Below are positions 9,602-17,540 of a stretch of 38,427 nucleotides of DNA, piece by piece. Each line of letters starts with the position of its first letter. The first letter of the stretch is position 1. Where the stretch lies: NCBI GenBank assembly GCA_046725095.1, contig JBKOXU010000130.1, forward strand, positions 1 to 38,427, read 5' to 3'. Both the position numbers and the translations under genes were made by a program. Below the pieces are notes generated by a model. It was not told the DNA's origin, did no database searches, and saw nothing but the letters and a program-made list of their open reading frames with translations. The DNA is from Verrucomicrobiota bacterium (GTDB taxonomy: Bacteria > Verrucomicrobiota > Verrucomicrobiia > Chthoniobacterales > UBA10450).

Positions 9602-10456
9602 CTACTTTTCAAATAGCAGTTCGCCGGCGCGGCTCGTTGCTTTGACGACCGCCTTGATGAGGGTAACGCGTAGTTTCCCTTCTTCCAGTTCGAGGATGCC
9701 GTCAATTGTGCAGCCAGCCGGGGTGGTGACAGCGTCCTTCAGGAGCGCGGGATGGTCGCCGGTTTCCAAAACAACGCTCGCCGAACCCTTCATGGTCTGC
9801 GCCGCTAGAAGGGTGGCTATTTCGCGCGGCAAACCAACTTTCACGCCGGCTTCGGCAAGCGACTCCAGAATGATGTATGCGAACGCAGGCCCGCTCGCCG
9901 AAAGACCCGTCACCGCGTCCATGTTCTTTTCATCGACCACAACGGTACGGCCCACAGCGTCAAACATGGTCCGCGCAATTTCGACATCGGCCGGTCCCGC
10001 ATGAGCACCTCGACAAATCCCCGTCATGCCGCAGTCAACGACGGCGGGTGTGTTTGGCATCGCTCGAACGACCGCCACTTTGTTGCCCTTGCCGCCGCTT
10101 GCTACAGCGAGCCGCTGCTCCAGATAGCTCGTCGGCACGGAAGCCGCGACAGAAACAAGCAGCGTCTTCCCGCCAATTTCAGGAGCGATCTCCTGCAACA
10201 CCTCCTCTACGGCTTGGGGCTTTACGCTCAGCAGAATGATGTTGGCGCCTTTCACGGCTTTGCGATTGTCGTTGGTGACGACGACGCCGAGCTGTTTCGC
10301 GCGCGCCGCTGCCTTTTCGCCATGCTTCACCGTCGCGGTAACGCGCTTCGCTACAAACAGTCCTTGCTTCAGGTAGGCACGCACTAAGATGCCACCGAGC
10401 TTGCCAGCGCCCAGTACGGCCAGCTTTTTGTCAGAAAGTTTGAGGGACATGATCAA
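9602..10456 (-). CDS. proC: Pyrroline-5-carboxylate reductase
   Basis: It has the Rossmann motif LAVLGAGKLGG, the MPNTPAVV motif, and the C-terminal dimerisation domain SGPAFAYIILESLAEAGVKVGLPREIA. Confidence 0.9.
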   Translation of the reverse strand: MIMSLKLSDKKLAVLGAGKLGGILVRAYLKQGLFVAKRVTATVKHGEKAAARAKQLGVVVTNDNRKAVKGANIILLSVKPQAVEEVLQEIAPEIGGKTLLVSVAASVPTSYLEQRLAVASGGKGNKVAVVRAMPNTPAVVDCGMTGICRGAHAGPADVEIARTMFDAVGRTVVVDEKNMDAVTGLSASGPAFAYIILESLAEAGVKVGLPREIATLLAAQTMKGSASVVLETGDHPALLKDAVTTPAGCTIDGILELEEGKLRVTLIKAVVKATSRAGELLFEK

Positions 10457-10606
10457 TTGTTTGGGTAACGGCGAGCAGTTTGCCTATTGTTTCCGAGGCT
10501 GGCTGCGGCGTCAATAAGCAGGGCGCGGAATTGAGAAATTCGGGGGATGAGGTCTTAATCAAACTCCCTCGCTTAACGCTTCAACGATCCTTCGAGCGAC
10601 ATGGCT

Positions 10607-11890
10607 TTATTTTCCTCTGGCTTTTACTTTTATAGTCAAGCCTTGCACCGCTTCAATCTCTGCTAGGTCGCCTTTTTCGATGGGCGTCTCGCTGACCGCG
10701 TTCCAATACTCGCCTTCGACGAAAATCCAGCCGCCGCGCAAATCGATTGGTGTCAACGCAGTCACCTTCCTTCCGAGCAGCGTGTCTGTTCCTACCTTCA
10801 CCGGCAAGAGTTGCGCGCGAAGGCCCTTTCCAATTACGAAAACAAAGAACGCTGCGGTGACCAGCGTCGCTGGAATAATGTAGTTGAGCGACAAACGAAA
10901 GAGCGGATCGGCGCGATCGAAGAGCATGAGCGAACCGATCAGAAATGCGATGATTCCGCCAACAGTCAGAACGCCGTGCGTGGTCGCGTAGACGTCGAAG
11001 ATGAAAAGCATGAGGGCAAGCGCGATTAGGACAAGTCCCGTCACGTTGACCGGCAGGATCGCCGCCAGATAAAGCGCGAGGATTAGCGCAATCGCGCCCA
11101 CAACGCCGGGAAGAATCGCGCCGGGCGTGGTCAGCTCTCCGATGATTCCGTAAATCGCGATGAGCATGAGAATGAACATCACTTCCGGTCGCCAGAGCTT
11201 TTGAAAGATACGTTCGGACGGCGACATCCTGACCTCCGTTACCTCAGCGCCTGCGGTCTTGAGCGTTTTTCCGTCCACCACGCGCCCGTTCAATTTTTGC
11301 AACAGGTCGGGAACATCTACGGCTATGAGATCGATGACTTTCAATTCCAGCGCTTTCTGTGCGGTGATCGACGCGCTCTCCTTTACGGCCGACTTGGCCC
11401 ATTCGACGTTACGCTGGCGTTTGCCTGCGATTGTCTCCATGTAGCTGACGGAAAAATTCTCGAGTTTTTGCTTCATCGTGTCGTCGGTCTTTTCTTCCCC
11501 GCCGCTGGGGAAGCCGCCGATCGATACCGGATGCGCCGCGCCAATGGTGGTAGCAGGCGCCATCGCAGCGACGCTTGCGGCGATCGTAATGAAACACCCC
11601 GCGCTGGTCGCGGTCGCGCCGGTCGGAGCCACATAAACTACCACCGGCACGGTGGAGCCCAAAAAGCTTTGGACGATCGATTGGGTCGAATCGAGCAAGC
11701 CACCCGGCGTGTTGAGTTGAATGACAAGACACTGGGCATTTTGCGTCCGGGCCTCCTCGATGCTTCGCGAAATGTAAGTCGCTGTCGCCGGACCGATCGC
11801 TCCGTCAATTTTGATAAAAGCAACTTTCTCGCTCGCGAACGCCGTCGCGCAGATCAGCCAGAGAGCAAAGCCCATCAATCGCGTCTTCAT
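10607..11890 (-). CDS. nfeD: NfeD-family membrane-bound ClpP-class serine protease
   Basis: A signal peptide is followed by a ClpP-like domain (LNTPGGLLDSTQSIV...PVVVYVAPTGATATSAGCFI...MAPATTIGAAHPV). About 4 TM helices and a C-terminal NfeD OB-like domain follow. Confidence 0.8.
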   Translation of the reverse strand: MKTRLMGFALWLICATAFASEKVAFIKIDGAIGPATATYISRSIEEARTQNAQCLVIQLNTPGGLLDSTQSIVQSFLGSTVPVVVYVAPTGATATSAGCFITIAASVAAMAPATTIGAAHPVSIGGFPSGGEEKTDDTMKQKLENFSVSYMETIAGKRQRNVEWAKSAVKESASITAQKALELKVIDLIAVDVPDLLQKLNGRVVDGKTLKTAGAEVTEVRMSPSERIFQKLWRPEVMFILMLIAIYGIIGELTTPGAILPGVVGAIALILALYLAAILPVNVTGLVLIALALMLFIFDVYATTHGVLTVGGIIAFLIGSLMLFDRADPLFRLSLNYIIPATLVTAAFFVFVIGKGLRAQLLPVKVGTDTLLGRKVTALTPIDLRGGWIFVEGEYWNAVSETPIEKGDLAEIEAVQGLTIKVKARGK

Positions 11891-12384
11891 CTCGGTTTCA
11901 TCGGCTGAATCTTGACTGCCAGATCTTCGACGCGCGGTTTCACAATTCTCTCGTAATCGCGATAGCTGACTTTAATTGCGTCGGTGTGGGTGCCCGCCTC
12001 GAAAACGATGTAATCCTCCTCGGCTAGGCGCTTGTCCACATAGGTTGGCAAACCGTAGAGATTGCCAAATGGCGGCATTGCGCCAGTCGCGCAATCTGGA
12101 AATAGCGACTTAAATTCCTGCTCGGTATCTAGTGAAACAGCTTTGCCGACGGCCCTCGCAACCTTTTCAGGATCGATTTGATGATCTGCGGGCAGCACCG
12201 TCATTAGATGCTGCTCGCCAGATTTTACCATCACAACCTTCGCATGATGCCGCGCCTTTATGTGCTCGGCTTGGGCGATCCTTTGTGCCGTAACGGCTTC
12301 GGGATGATGGAGAACTTCGTAACCGACCTTATTGTCGTTCAAACAATCGATAAGCTGTTTTGGTATTTCCATGAGCGACTGCAA
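11887..12384 (-). CDS. YbaK/aminoacyl-tRNA-synthetase-associated (deacylase-like) domain protein
   Basis: The size and pattern (YEVLHHPEA...AKVVMVK...MTVLPADHQIDPEKVA...GAMPPFGNLYGLPTYVD) are typical of YbaK/EbsC-like domains. Its stop overlaps the nfeD start (ATGA). Confidence 0.65.
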   Translation of the reverse strand: MQSLMEIPKQLIDCLNDNKVGYEVLHHPEAVTAQRIAQAEHIKARHHAKVVMVKSGEQHLMTVLPADHQIDPEKVARAVGKAVSLDTEQEFKSLFPDCATGAMPPFGNLYGLPTYVDKRLAEEDYIVFEAGTHTDAIKVSYRDYERIVKPRVEDLAVKIQPMKPR

Positions 12385-12437
12385 TGGAAACTATCACTTT
12401 TCCCGGGCTATCTCCACTTCGGAGAAGCTGCAACTGT

Positions 12438-12460
12438 AGGGGAAGCTGACAGCTTCCCCT
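12438..12460. repeat. GTAGGG-headed 9-bp hairpin in a divergent promoter region
   Basis: The sequence is ctGTAGGGGAAGC-tgaca-GCTTCCCCT. It is not downstream of any gene, so it is not a terminator. Confidence 0.4.
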
Positions 12461-12569
12461 TATAAAAGCACAGCTCGCACGGCGCTCCGGCCGGCGTCAC
12501 AAACTTTTTGCTCGCAAAAAACAAAAGCGAACACCGCCGCAAAGGCGACGGCGCGCGAACAGTTTATGT

Positions 12570-12803
12570 ATGGCTAGATGCGAAGTTTGCGAAAATGAAT
12601 ATGACAAGGCGTTTGAGGTGATCGTTGCCGACAAGCACCACACGTTTGACAGCTTCGAGTGCGCGATCCATGCACTGGCGCCAGTTTGCCCGCACTGCCA
12701 CTGCCGGATCGTCGGCCACGGTGTGGAAGCCGACGGACAAATCTTCTGCTGCGTGCATTGCGCGCGGACGGCGGGAAAAACGCAGTTAAAAGACCGCGTC
12801 TGA
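12570..12803 (+). CDS. Small Cys/His-rich putative metal-binding protein
   Basis: The 77-aa protein has 9 Cys and 7 His in the motifs CEVCENEY, FECAIHALAPVCPHCHCRIVGHG and FCCVHCA. It resembles a conserved small bacterial family, but I cannot name the family with certainty. Confidence 0.6.
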   Translation: MARCEVCENEYDKAFEVIVADKHHTFDSFECAIHALAPVCPHCHCRIVGHGVEADGQIFCCVHCARTAGKTQLKDRV

Positions 12804-12857
12804 GCGGCGCTCGCGCCCGAAGCGAAGATTTAGCCGCAGCCGTGGCTCGCCGCCATG

Positions 12858-13253
12858 TTACTTCTTATGCCAGGCTAGCAGCACGTTTTTCTTGCGGTCT
12901 TTGCAGGCGTCACTGACCAGCGTAAACGTCAGGCTGTTTTCGTTGGGCCGGCTAAACTTATAAACGCCGGGGCCTTTGCAGTCTTTCGGAGTTTTGCCGC
13001 CGGTTCCTTGAATCGTAACGGTATCAGCGCTCACCGAGTAGGTGCCCCAGATGTCGCGTGTGCCGTCATGATTTCGATCAACGTCGAACATGCCGTCAGC
13101 CTTGATCGTCCAGACGGTGCCGAGCGAGTTCGTCCACGTCCCGGCCAACGCCGCTGGACCGGAGCGCGGAGCGGTGGCGCACGCACTTATTAAGACGAGT
13201 AAAAGGCCTGCGAAGATGATTCGGAAAGAAGGTTGAATTTTCATGTTGTGCAT
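12858..13253 (-). CDS. Lipoprotein of unknown function
   Basis: It has a signal peptide with lipobox LISAC (MKIQPSFRIIFAGLLLVLISAC). The mature domain is small and beta-rich, with 2 Cys. Confidence 0.6.
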   Translation of the reverse strand: MHNMKIQPSFRIIFAGLLLVLISACATAPRSGPAALAGTWTNSLGTVWTIKADGMFDVDRNHDGTRDIWGTYSVSADTVTIQGTGGKTPKDCKGPGVYKFSRPNENSLTFTLVSDACKDRKKNVLLAWHKK

Positions 13254-13344
13254 CCTGTCTCGCGCCCCCGATGGAGATCAAGCTCGAATTCGCATCGAAG
13301 AGATTGGTTGCAACGAGCTTCGCGATTGAAATAAAAAATCCTCC

Positions 13345-13800
13345 GTGGAGCAGAATCCGCCGCCTCTTCATTCAGACCCACAATCCAACTGGTGGACACG
13401 GAATTGGAAATGGTTTGTACCGACAGGCTGCCTGACAATTTTGGTTCTCTTCGTCGCCTTCGCGGGTTCAATTGTCATGATCGCCTTCAGCGCGATGAAG
13501 TCGACCGATCCTTACAAAGACGCCTTCGCGAGAGCTAAAATGCATCCGGCGGTTATCGAAGCCCTCGGTTCGCCGATCAAGGAAGGATTTTTGGTTTCTG
13601 GAAATACGAACGTTAACGGCGCGGCGGGCGAAGCAAATCTCGCCATTCCAATCTCCGGCCCGAAAGGCAAGGGCACAATTTACGCGAAGGTAACGAAGTC
13701 GTTAGGGCGCTGGAGCTACTCGGACCTGATTGTAGAAATCCAGGCGACGCGGAATAGGATTGATTTACTCAAAGGCCCGGCGCCTCCGAATGAATTCTGA
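13345..13800 (+). CDS. Coa1-like (cytochrome oxidase assembly factor 1 family) membrane protein
   Basis: It has a GTG start. The NWWTRNWKWFVPTGCL motif, a single TM helix and a ~100-aa soluble domain match the pattern I associate with bacterial Coa1-family proteins. Confidence 0.55.
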   Translation: MEQNPPPLHSDPQSNWWTRNWKWFVPTGCLTILVLFVAFAGSIVMIAFSAMKSTDPYKDAFARAKMHPAVIEALGSPIKEGFLVSGNTNVNGAAGEANLAIPISGPKGKGTIYAKVTKSLGRWSYSDLIVEIQATRNRIDLLKGPAPPNEF

Positions 13801-14548
13801 TCACGAATTGCAAACAGCAACAAAAAAACTTCCCGTTAGCGCCATTCTTTTTGGTATTCTCGCTGGATTCATTGGCGTTGGGGGCGGACTAATTCTCGGC
13901 TTTGCTCTCGGCTCGGCGCTTGCGGCCGCACTTCACATCTCGCCAATGGAAGGTGGGGCCGGTTATTTTGCCGTCGCGATCGCGCTAATCGTGACGCTCA
14001 TTGTTACGCCAAGCTCGATTCTCGTGGTGCTTTATTGGCGCGGGATAAGAGGGCTTTGGCTTTTGGCCGGCTTGATCGCGGTTTGTTTCGCGATCGTTGC
14101 CATCGCAGCATCGGGGTTCGGCCTTTGGTATGCGGGTCAACCGCATATTCTGAATATCAATGGGCCAACGCCCCTACTAGAATTTGAAGTCAAACCGCCG
14201 GAAGGCCAGTCCGTCGAAAGTCTCGCCGGCGTCGAGCCAGAGCTCGATACCGACCGCAACGCGATGCCCGGCTATTGGCATACAGATTCAACTGAAACCG
14301 CAGGGGTGCGCTCTGGGTATGTCGAGGTTTATTACCGCACATCACGGCGTCTATTCGTCTTGAAACTTCCTGGCCACGAAGACCGACTCTTCCAGCTTCA
14401 TTTGCCGGCCAATCCAATGAAGGCGAAATATCGTGCTTGGTCCGATTGGCAGAAACCGGATTATATCGCTAAAGGCGGCGAGCAACCGACTCGGGCATCC
14501 AGCGGAAGCGACTATCAAATTCGCTATAAGCTGGACTATCAGGATTGA
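13790..14548 (+). CDS. Integral membrane protein (4 TM) with C-terminal soluble domain, unknown function
   Basis: ATG at 13790 overlaps the upstream stop by 11 nt. Gly/Ala-rich TM helices are followed by a ~130-aa hydrophilic domain. Confidence 0.5.
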   Translation: MNSDHELQTATKKLPVSAILFGILAGFIGVGGGLILGFALGSALAAALHISPMEGGAGYFAVAIALIVTLIVTPSSILVVLYWRGIRGLWLLAGLIAVCFAIVAIAASGFGLWYAGQPHILNINGPTPLLEFEVKPPEGQSVESLAGVEPELDTDRNAMPGYWHTDSTETAGVRSGYVEVYYRTSRRLFVLKLPGHEDRLFQLHLPANPMKAKYRAWSDWQKPDYIAKGGEQPTRASSGSDYQIRYKLDYQD

Positions 14549-14599
14549 TAACGGCAACGCTGCAGTTTACGTCAGACAAGCCGCAGGTAAGCTTTATCC

Positions 14600-15640
14600 A
14601 TGTCGATCTCAGAGGAACAGGCGATAAACGCGCTGAAGTCGGTGAAATATCCCGGCTTCAGTCGCGACATCGTTTCATTTGGGCTGGTCAAGTCGGTCAA
14701 TATCGACAATGGCGAAGTCAAAGTGCAACTCGCCCTGGCGACGAACGATCCAAATGTTCCAGCGACGATTAAGAACGATGCAGAAAAGGTATTGCGGGCC
14801 ATTGACGGTGTTCGCAGCGCGAAAGTTTTGATCGACATCCAGGCGCCACCCGGCGGGGCAGGGGCTGGCATGGGCGCGACACGGATCCCAGGAATCAGGC
14901 ATGTCATTGCAGTGGCAAGCGGCAAGGGCGGTGTCGGCAAATCAACGATCGCGGCGAATCTCGCGGTGGCCCTTCAGCAGACCGGGGCACGCGTCGCTCT
15001 GTGTGATTGCGATATATACGGCCCAAGCATTTCGCTCATGTTCGGCACGCGTGAGCGGCCGATGGCAACGGAAGAAAATAAGATAGTCCCAATCGAGCAA
15101 TACGGATTGCGTCTCATGTCGATGGGATTTCTGCTCGACGATACTTCTCCAGCCATCTTGCGTGGACCGATGGTCACGCGCTACACGCAACAGTTTCTGC
15201 GGCAGGTCGAATGGGGCGAGCTCGATTATCTCGTCCTCGACCTTCCGCCCGGCACTGGCGACATCCAGCTTACCATCGTGCAAACTGTCGCGCTTTCCGG
15301 AGCGATCATCGTAACCACGCCTCAAGAAGTCGCGCTAATCGATGCGCGCAAGGCCGCCACCATGTTTGACAAAGTGAACGTGCCAGTGCTCGGCCTCGTT
15401 GAGAATATGAGTTACTTCGTCTCTCCCTCGGACGCCAAACGCTACGATATCTTTGGAAGCGGCGGCGGTGAACGCGAAGCGAAGCGGTTACGCGTCCCAC
15501 TGCTTGGCCAAATCCCAATCGACATCGCGACGCGCGAAGCAGGCGATCGCGGCATGCCGATCGTGGGCGAGGACCGGCAATCGCCCGTTACCGCCGAGTT
15601 CAAGAAGGTCGCCGAAAGTCTTCGTAAAGTTTTGCCCTAG
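14600..15640 (+). CDS. apbC: Fe-S cluster carrier ATPase, Mrp/ApbC/NBP35 family, with N-terminal DUF59-like domain
   Basis: The deviant Walker A is VASGKGGVGKST. The pattern DYLVLDLPPGTGD and CxxC-free Mrp features are present, and the N-terminal domain reads ALKSVKYPGFSRDIVSFGLV. Confidence 0.9.
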   Translation: MSISEEQAINALKSVKYPGFSRDIVSFGLVKSVNIDNGEVKVQLALATNDPNVPATIKNDAEKVLRAIDGVRSAKVLIDIQAPPGGAGAGMGATRIPGIRHVIAVASGKGGVGKSTIAANLAVALQQTGARVALCDCDIYGPSISLMFGTRERPMATEENKIVPIEQYGLRLMSMGFLLDDTSPAILRGPMVTRYTQQFLRQVEWGELDYLVLDLPPGTGDIQLTIVQTVALSGAIIVTTPQEVALIDARKAATMFDKVNVPVLGLVENMSYFVSPSDAKRYDIFGSGGGEREAKRLRVPLLGQIPIDIATREAGDRGMPIVGEDRQSPVTAEFKKVAESLRKVLP

Positions 15641-15758
15641 TGAGGCATCCGCGGCCTTGTGCCGAAACGGACTAAATAAATAGCGGGGCTTCCCCGTCGA
15701 ATTCCAGTAACGATCTTGTCGACCCGAAAGCGTTCGGGGTTGACTGGTCCCAAATTTT

Positions 15759-16004
15759 ATGAAAGAAAAGCCAGAGATGCCGTCTTTGGAAGAGAGACAA
15801 TCTCAATTCGTCAAGAATTCTGTTCTCTACAAGGAGTTCCTTGCCGAGCGGGCCGAGATTTTGAAACACAAGTGGATTGAGAGCGAAAAAGCCGGCAAAG
15901 ACATCGGCTTCGAAAAAGCATTGCTTGATTGGATCGTGAAACACCGTTCCAATTGGCGAGAGCGACGAAGAAGGGAGGCGCGCACCGAAAAGTCAGCCTC
16001 CTAA
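15759..16004 (+). CDS. Small helical protein of unknown function (81 aa)
   Basis: The ORF has good coding-like composition, the motif ILKHKWIESEKAGKDIGFEKALLDWI and a basic C-terminal tail. It ends 46 nt before pyrR. Confidence 0.45.
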   Translation: MKEKPEMPSLEERQSQFVKNSVLYKEFLAERAEILKHKWIESEKAGKDIGFEKALLDWIVKHRSNWRERRRREARTEKSAS

Positions 16005-16011
16005 TTCTTTG

Positions 16012-16046
16012 TTCCTTTAAAGCGATCCCGCGAGGTCGCAAAGGAA
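16012..16046 (+). promoter_or_regulatory. PyrR-binding-type RNA hairpin overlapping the pyrR Shine-Dalgarno
   Basis: UUCCUUU-AAA-GCGA-UCCCGCGAGG-UCGC-AAAGGAA has a lower stem 16012-18/16040-46 and an upper stem 16022-25/16036-39. The loop UCCCGCGAGG resembles the PyrR consensus UCCAGAGAGG, and the flanking CCUUUAA...AAGG also matches. The 3' arm contains AAGGAAG, 4 nt before ATG 16051. Confidence 0.6.
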
Positions 16047-16050
16047 GCGC

Positions 16051-16614
16051 ATGAACCAAAAAGAACAGAATTCATCTGGCGCCGTCCCGATCATGGACGG
16101 GGAAGCGATTCGTCGGGCGCTTCGGCGGATCGCGCACGAAATCATCGAGCGCAACCCGCAGCTTGAAAAGGTCGTGATCGCGGGAATTCCATCGCGCGGG
16201 GTGGAGATTGCGCGGCGCATTGCCGCGTTTATCCAAGAAATCGAAAAGATCGAGATTGAGACTGGCGTCATTGATGTAGCAATGCATCGCGACGACGTGG
16301 GAACACGCCCAGAACTTCCCGTCGTGCGTGCCTCAAAACTTCCGCTCCCACTGGAAGGCTGCACAGTCATCATTGTCGATGACGTCCTTTACACAGGCCG
16401 CACCGTTCGCGCAGCCCTGGACGCAATCAATTCATTTGGACGACCCGCCCGGATCCAACTTGCGGCATTGGTTGATCGCGGCCATCGCGAGCTGCCGATT
16501 CGACCTGATTACGTCGGAAAGAATTTGCCGACCGCGGCCGCCGAGAAAATCCGACTGCAACTCGAACAAACCGACGGCGAGCCTGACGCCGTGTGGCTGG
16601 AAAAGGAAGCATGA
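16051..16614 (+). CDS. pyrR: Bifunctional pyr operon regulator / uracil phosphoribosyltransferase PyrR
   Basis: The PRPP-binding motif is [18 protein letters not shown]. The typical PyrR N-terminus is [16 protein letters not shown]. Confidence 0.9.
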   Translation: MNQKEQNSSGAVPIMDGEAIRRALRRIAHEIIERNPQLEKVVIAGIPSRGVEIARRIAAFIQEIEKIEIETGVIDVAMHRDDVGTRPELPVVRASKLPLPLEGCTVIIVDDVLYTGRTVRAALDAINSFGRPARIQLAALVDRGHRELPIRPDYVGKNLPTAAAEKIRLQLEQTDGEPDAVWLEKEA

Positions 16615-17540
16615 CGACGCGTTGGACACGAAAAGATCTGCTCGGCCTGCGTGAACTTTCGGCTAACGAAATCAATTTCATTCTGGAAACTGCCGATGCG
16701 TTTAAGCAGGTGGGAACTCGTGAGATCAAGAAGGTCCCGGCGCTGCGCGGAAAGACGCTTGTAAACTTTTTCGTCGAACCGAGCACCCGGACGCGAACCT
16801 CCTTTGAGCTGGCCGCGTTTCGTTTAAGTGCGGATGTGATCAATATCTCGACAACCAGTTCCAGTCTGACCAAAGGCGAAACCCTCAAAGACACCGCGCG
16901 CAATCTGGAGGCACTGCACGCCGATATTCTTGTCCTGCGGCACAGCTCGGCGGGCGCACCGCAGTTTTTGGCAAGCCGGCTCAGAGCGAGCGTGATCAAT
17001 GCCGGCGACGGCGCGCACGAGCATCCGACCCAAGCGCTTCTCGATCTTTACACGATTCGCGAGAAGAGGGAAAAAATTGCCGGGCTGCATGTTGCGATTA
17101 TCGGCGACATTTTGTTTAGTCGCGTCGCGCGCTCGAATATCTTCGGCCTGCTCAAACTCGGCGCGCGCGTGACGCTAGTCGGACCCAGCACGCTTGTGCC
17201 GCGCGAGCTTGAAAAACTCGGGGTCGAAGTTTCCCACAAGATTGACGATGTGCTTCCGCGCGCAGATGTGGTGAATCTCCTGCGAATCCAGCACGAGCGT
17301 CAACGCCGAGAATATTTTCCTGGAATCGGCGAGTACGTTCGGTTGTTTGGCCTGACGAAAGAGCGGGCGAAACATTTGAAACCGGATTGCCTGATTATGC
17401 ATCCAGGCCCGATCAATCGCGGCGTCGAGATCGACAGCGAAGTCGCCGACGGCCTGCAAAGCGTGATTCTCGATCAGGTCACCAACGGCCTCGCTGTGCG
17501 CATGGCCGTTCTTTATCTCTGCGGAGGAATTGCAACATGA
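16611..17540 (+). CDS. pyrB: Aspartate carbamoyltransferase catalytic subunit
   Basis: Motifs present are [17 protein letters not shown] and [11 protein letters not shown] at 16611 overlaps the pyrR stop (ATGA). Confidence 0.92.
   Translation: MTTRWTRKDLLGLRELSANEINFILETADAFKQVGTREIKKVPALRGKTLVNFFVEPSTRTRTSFELAAFRLSADVINISTTSSSLTKGETLKDTARNLEALHADILVLRHSSAGAPQFLASRLRASVINAGDGAHEHPTQALLDLYTIREKREKIAGLHVAIIGDILFSRVARSNIFGLLKLGARVTLVGPSTLVPRELEKLGVEVSHKIDDVLPRADVVNLLRIQHERQRREYFPGIGEYVRLFGLTKERAKHLKPDCLIMHPGPINRGVEIDSEVADGLQSVILDQVTNGLAVRMAVLYLCGGIAT

Noticed and set aside
11201-11908. 235-aa ORF antisense to nfeD; similar long antisense ORFs occur at 16427-16999, 23702-24229, 7020-7421 and 28463-28897
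   Set aside because: All lie opposite well-supported genes. They are Arg/Gly/Ser-rich with no recognisable domains, so they are shadow ORFs.
17387-17536. 50-codon N-terminal extension of the pyrC ORF; analogous extensions occur at gatA (31748-31825), pyrB (16593-16610) and the TPR gene (1765-1884)
   Set aside because: The extensions lie inside the upstream gene or lack signal or domain sense. The internal ATGs give classic ATGA stop-start overlaps and canonical N-termini.
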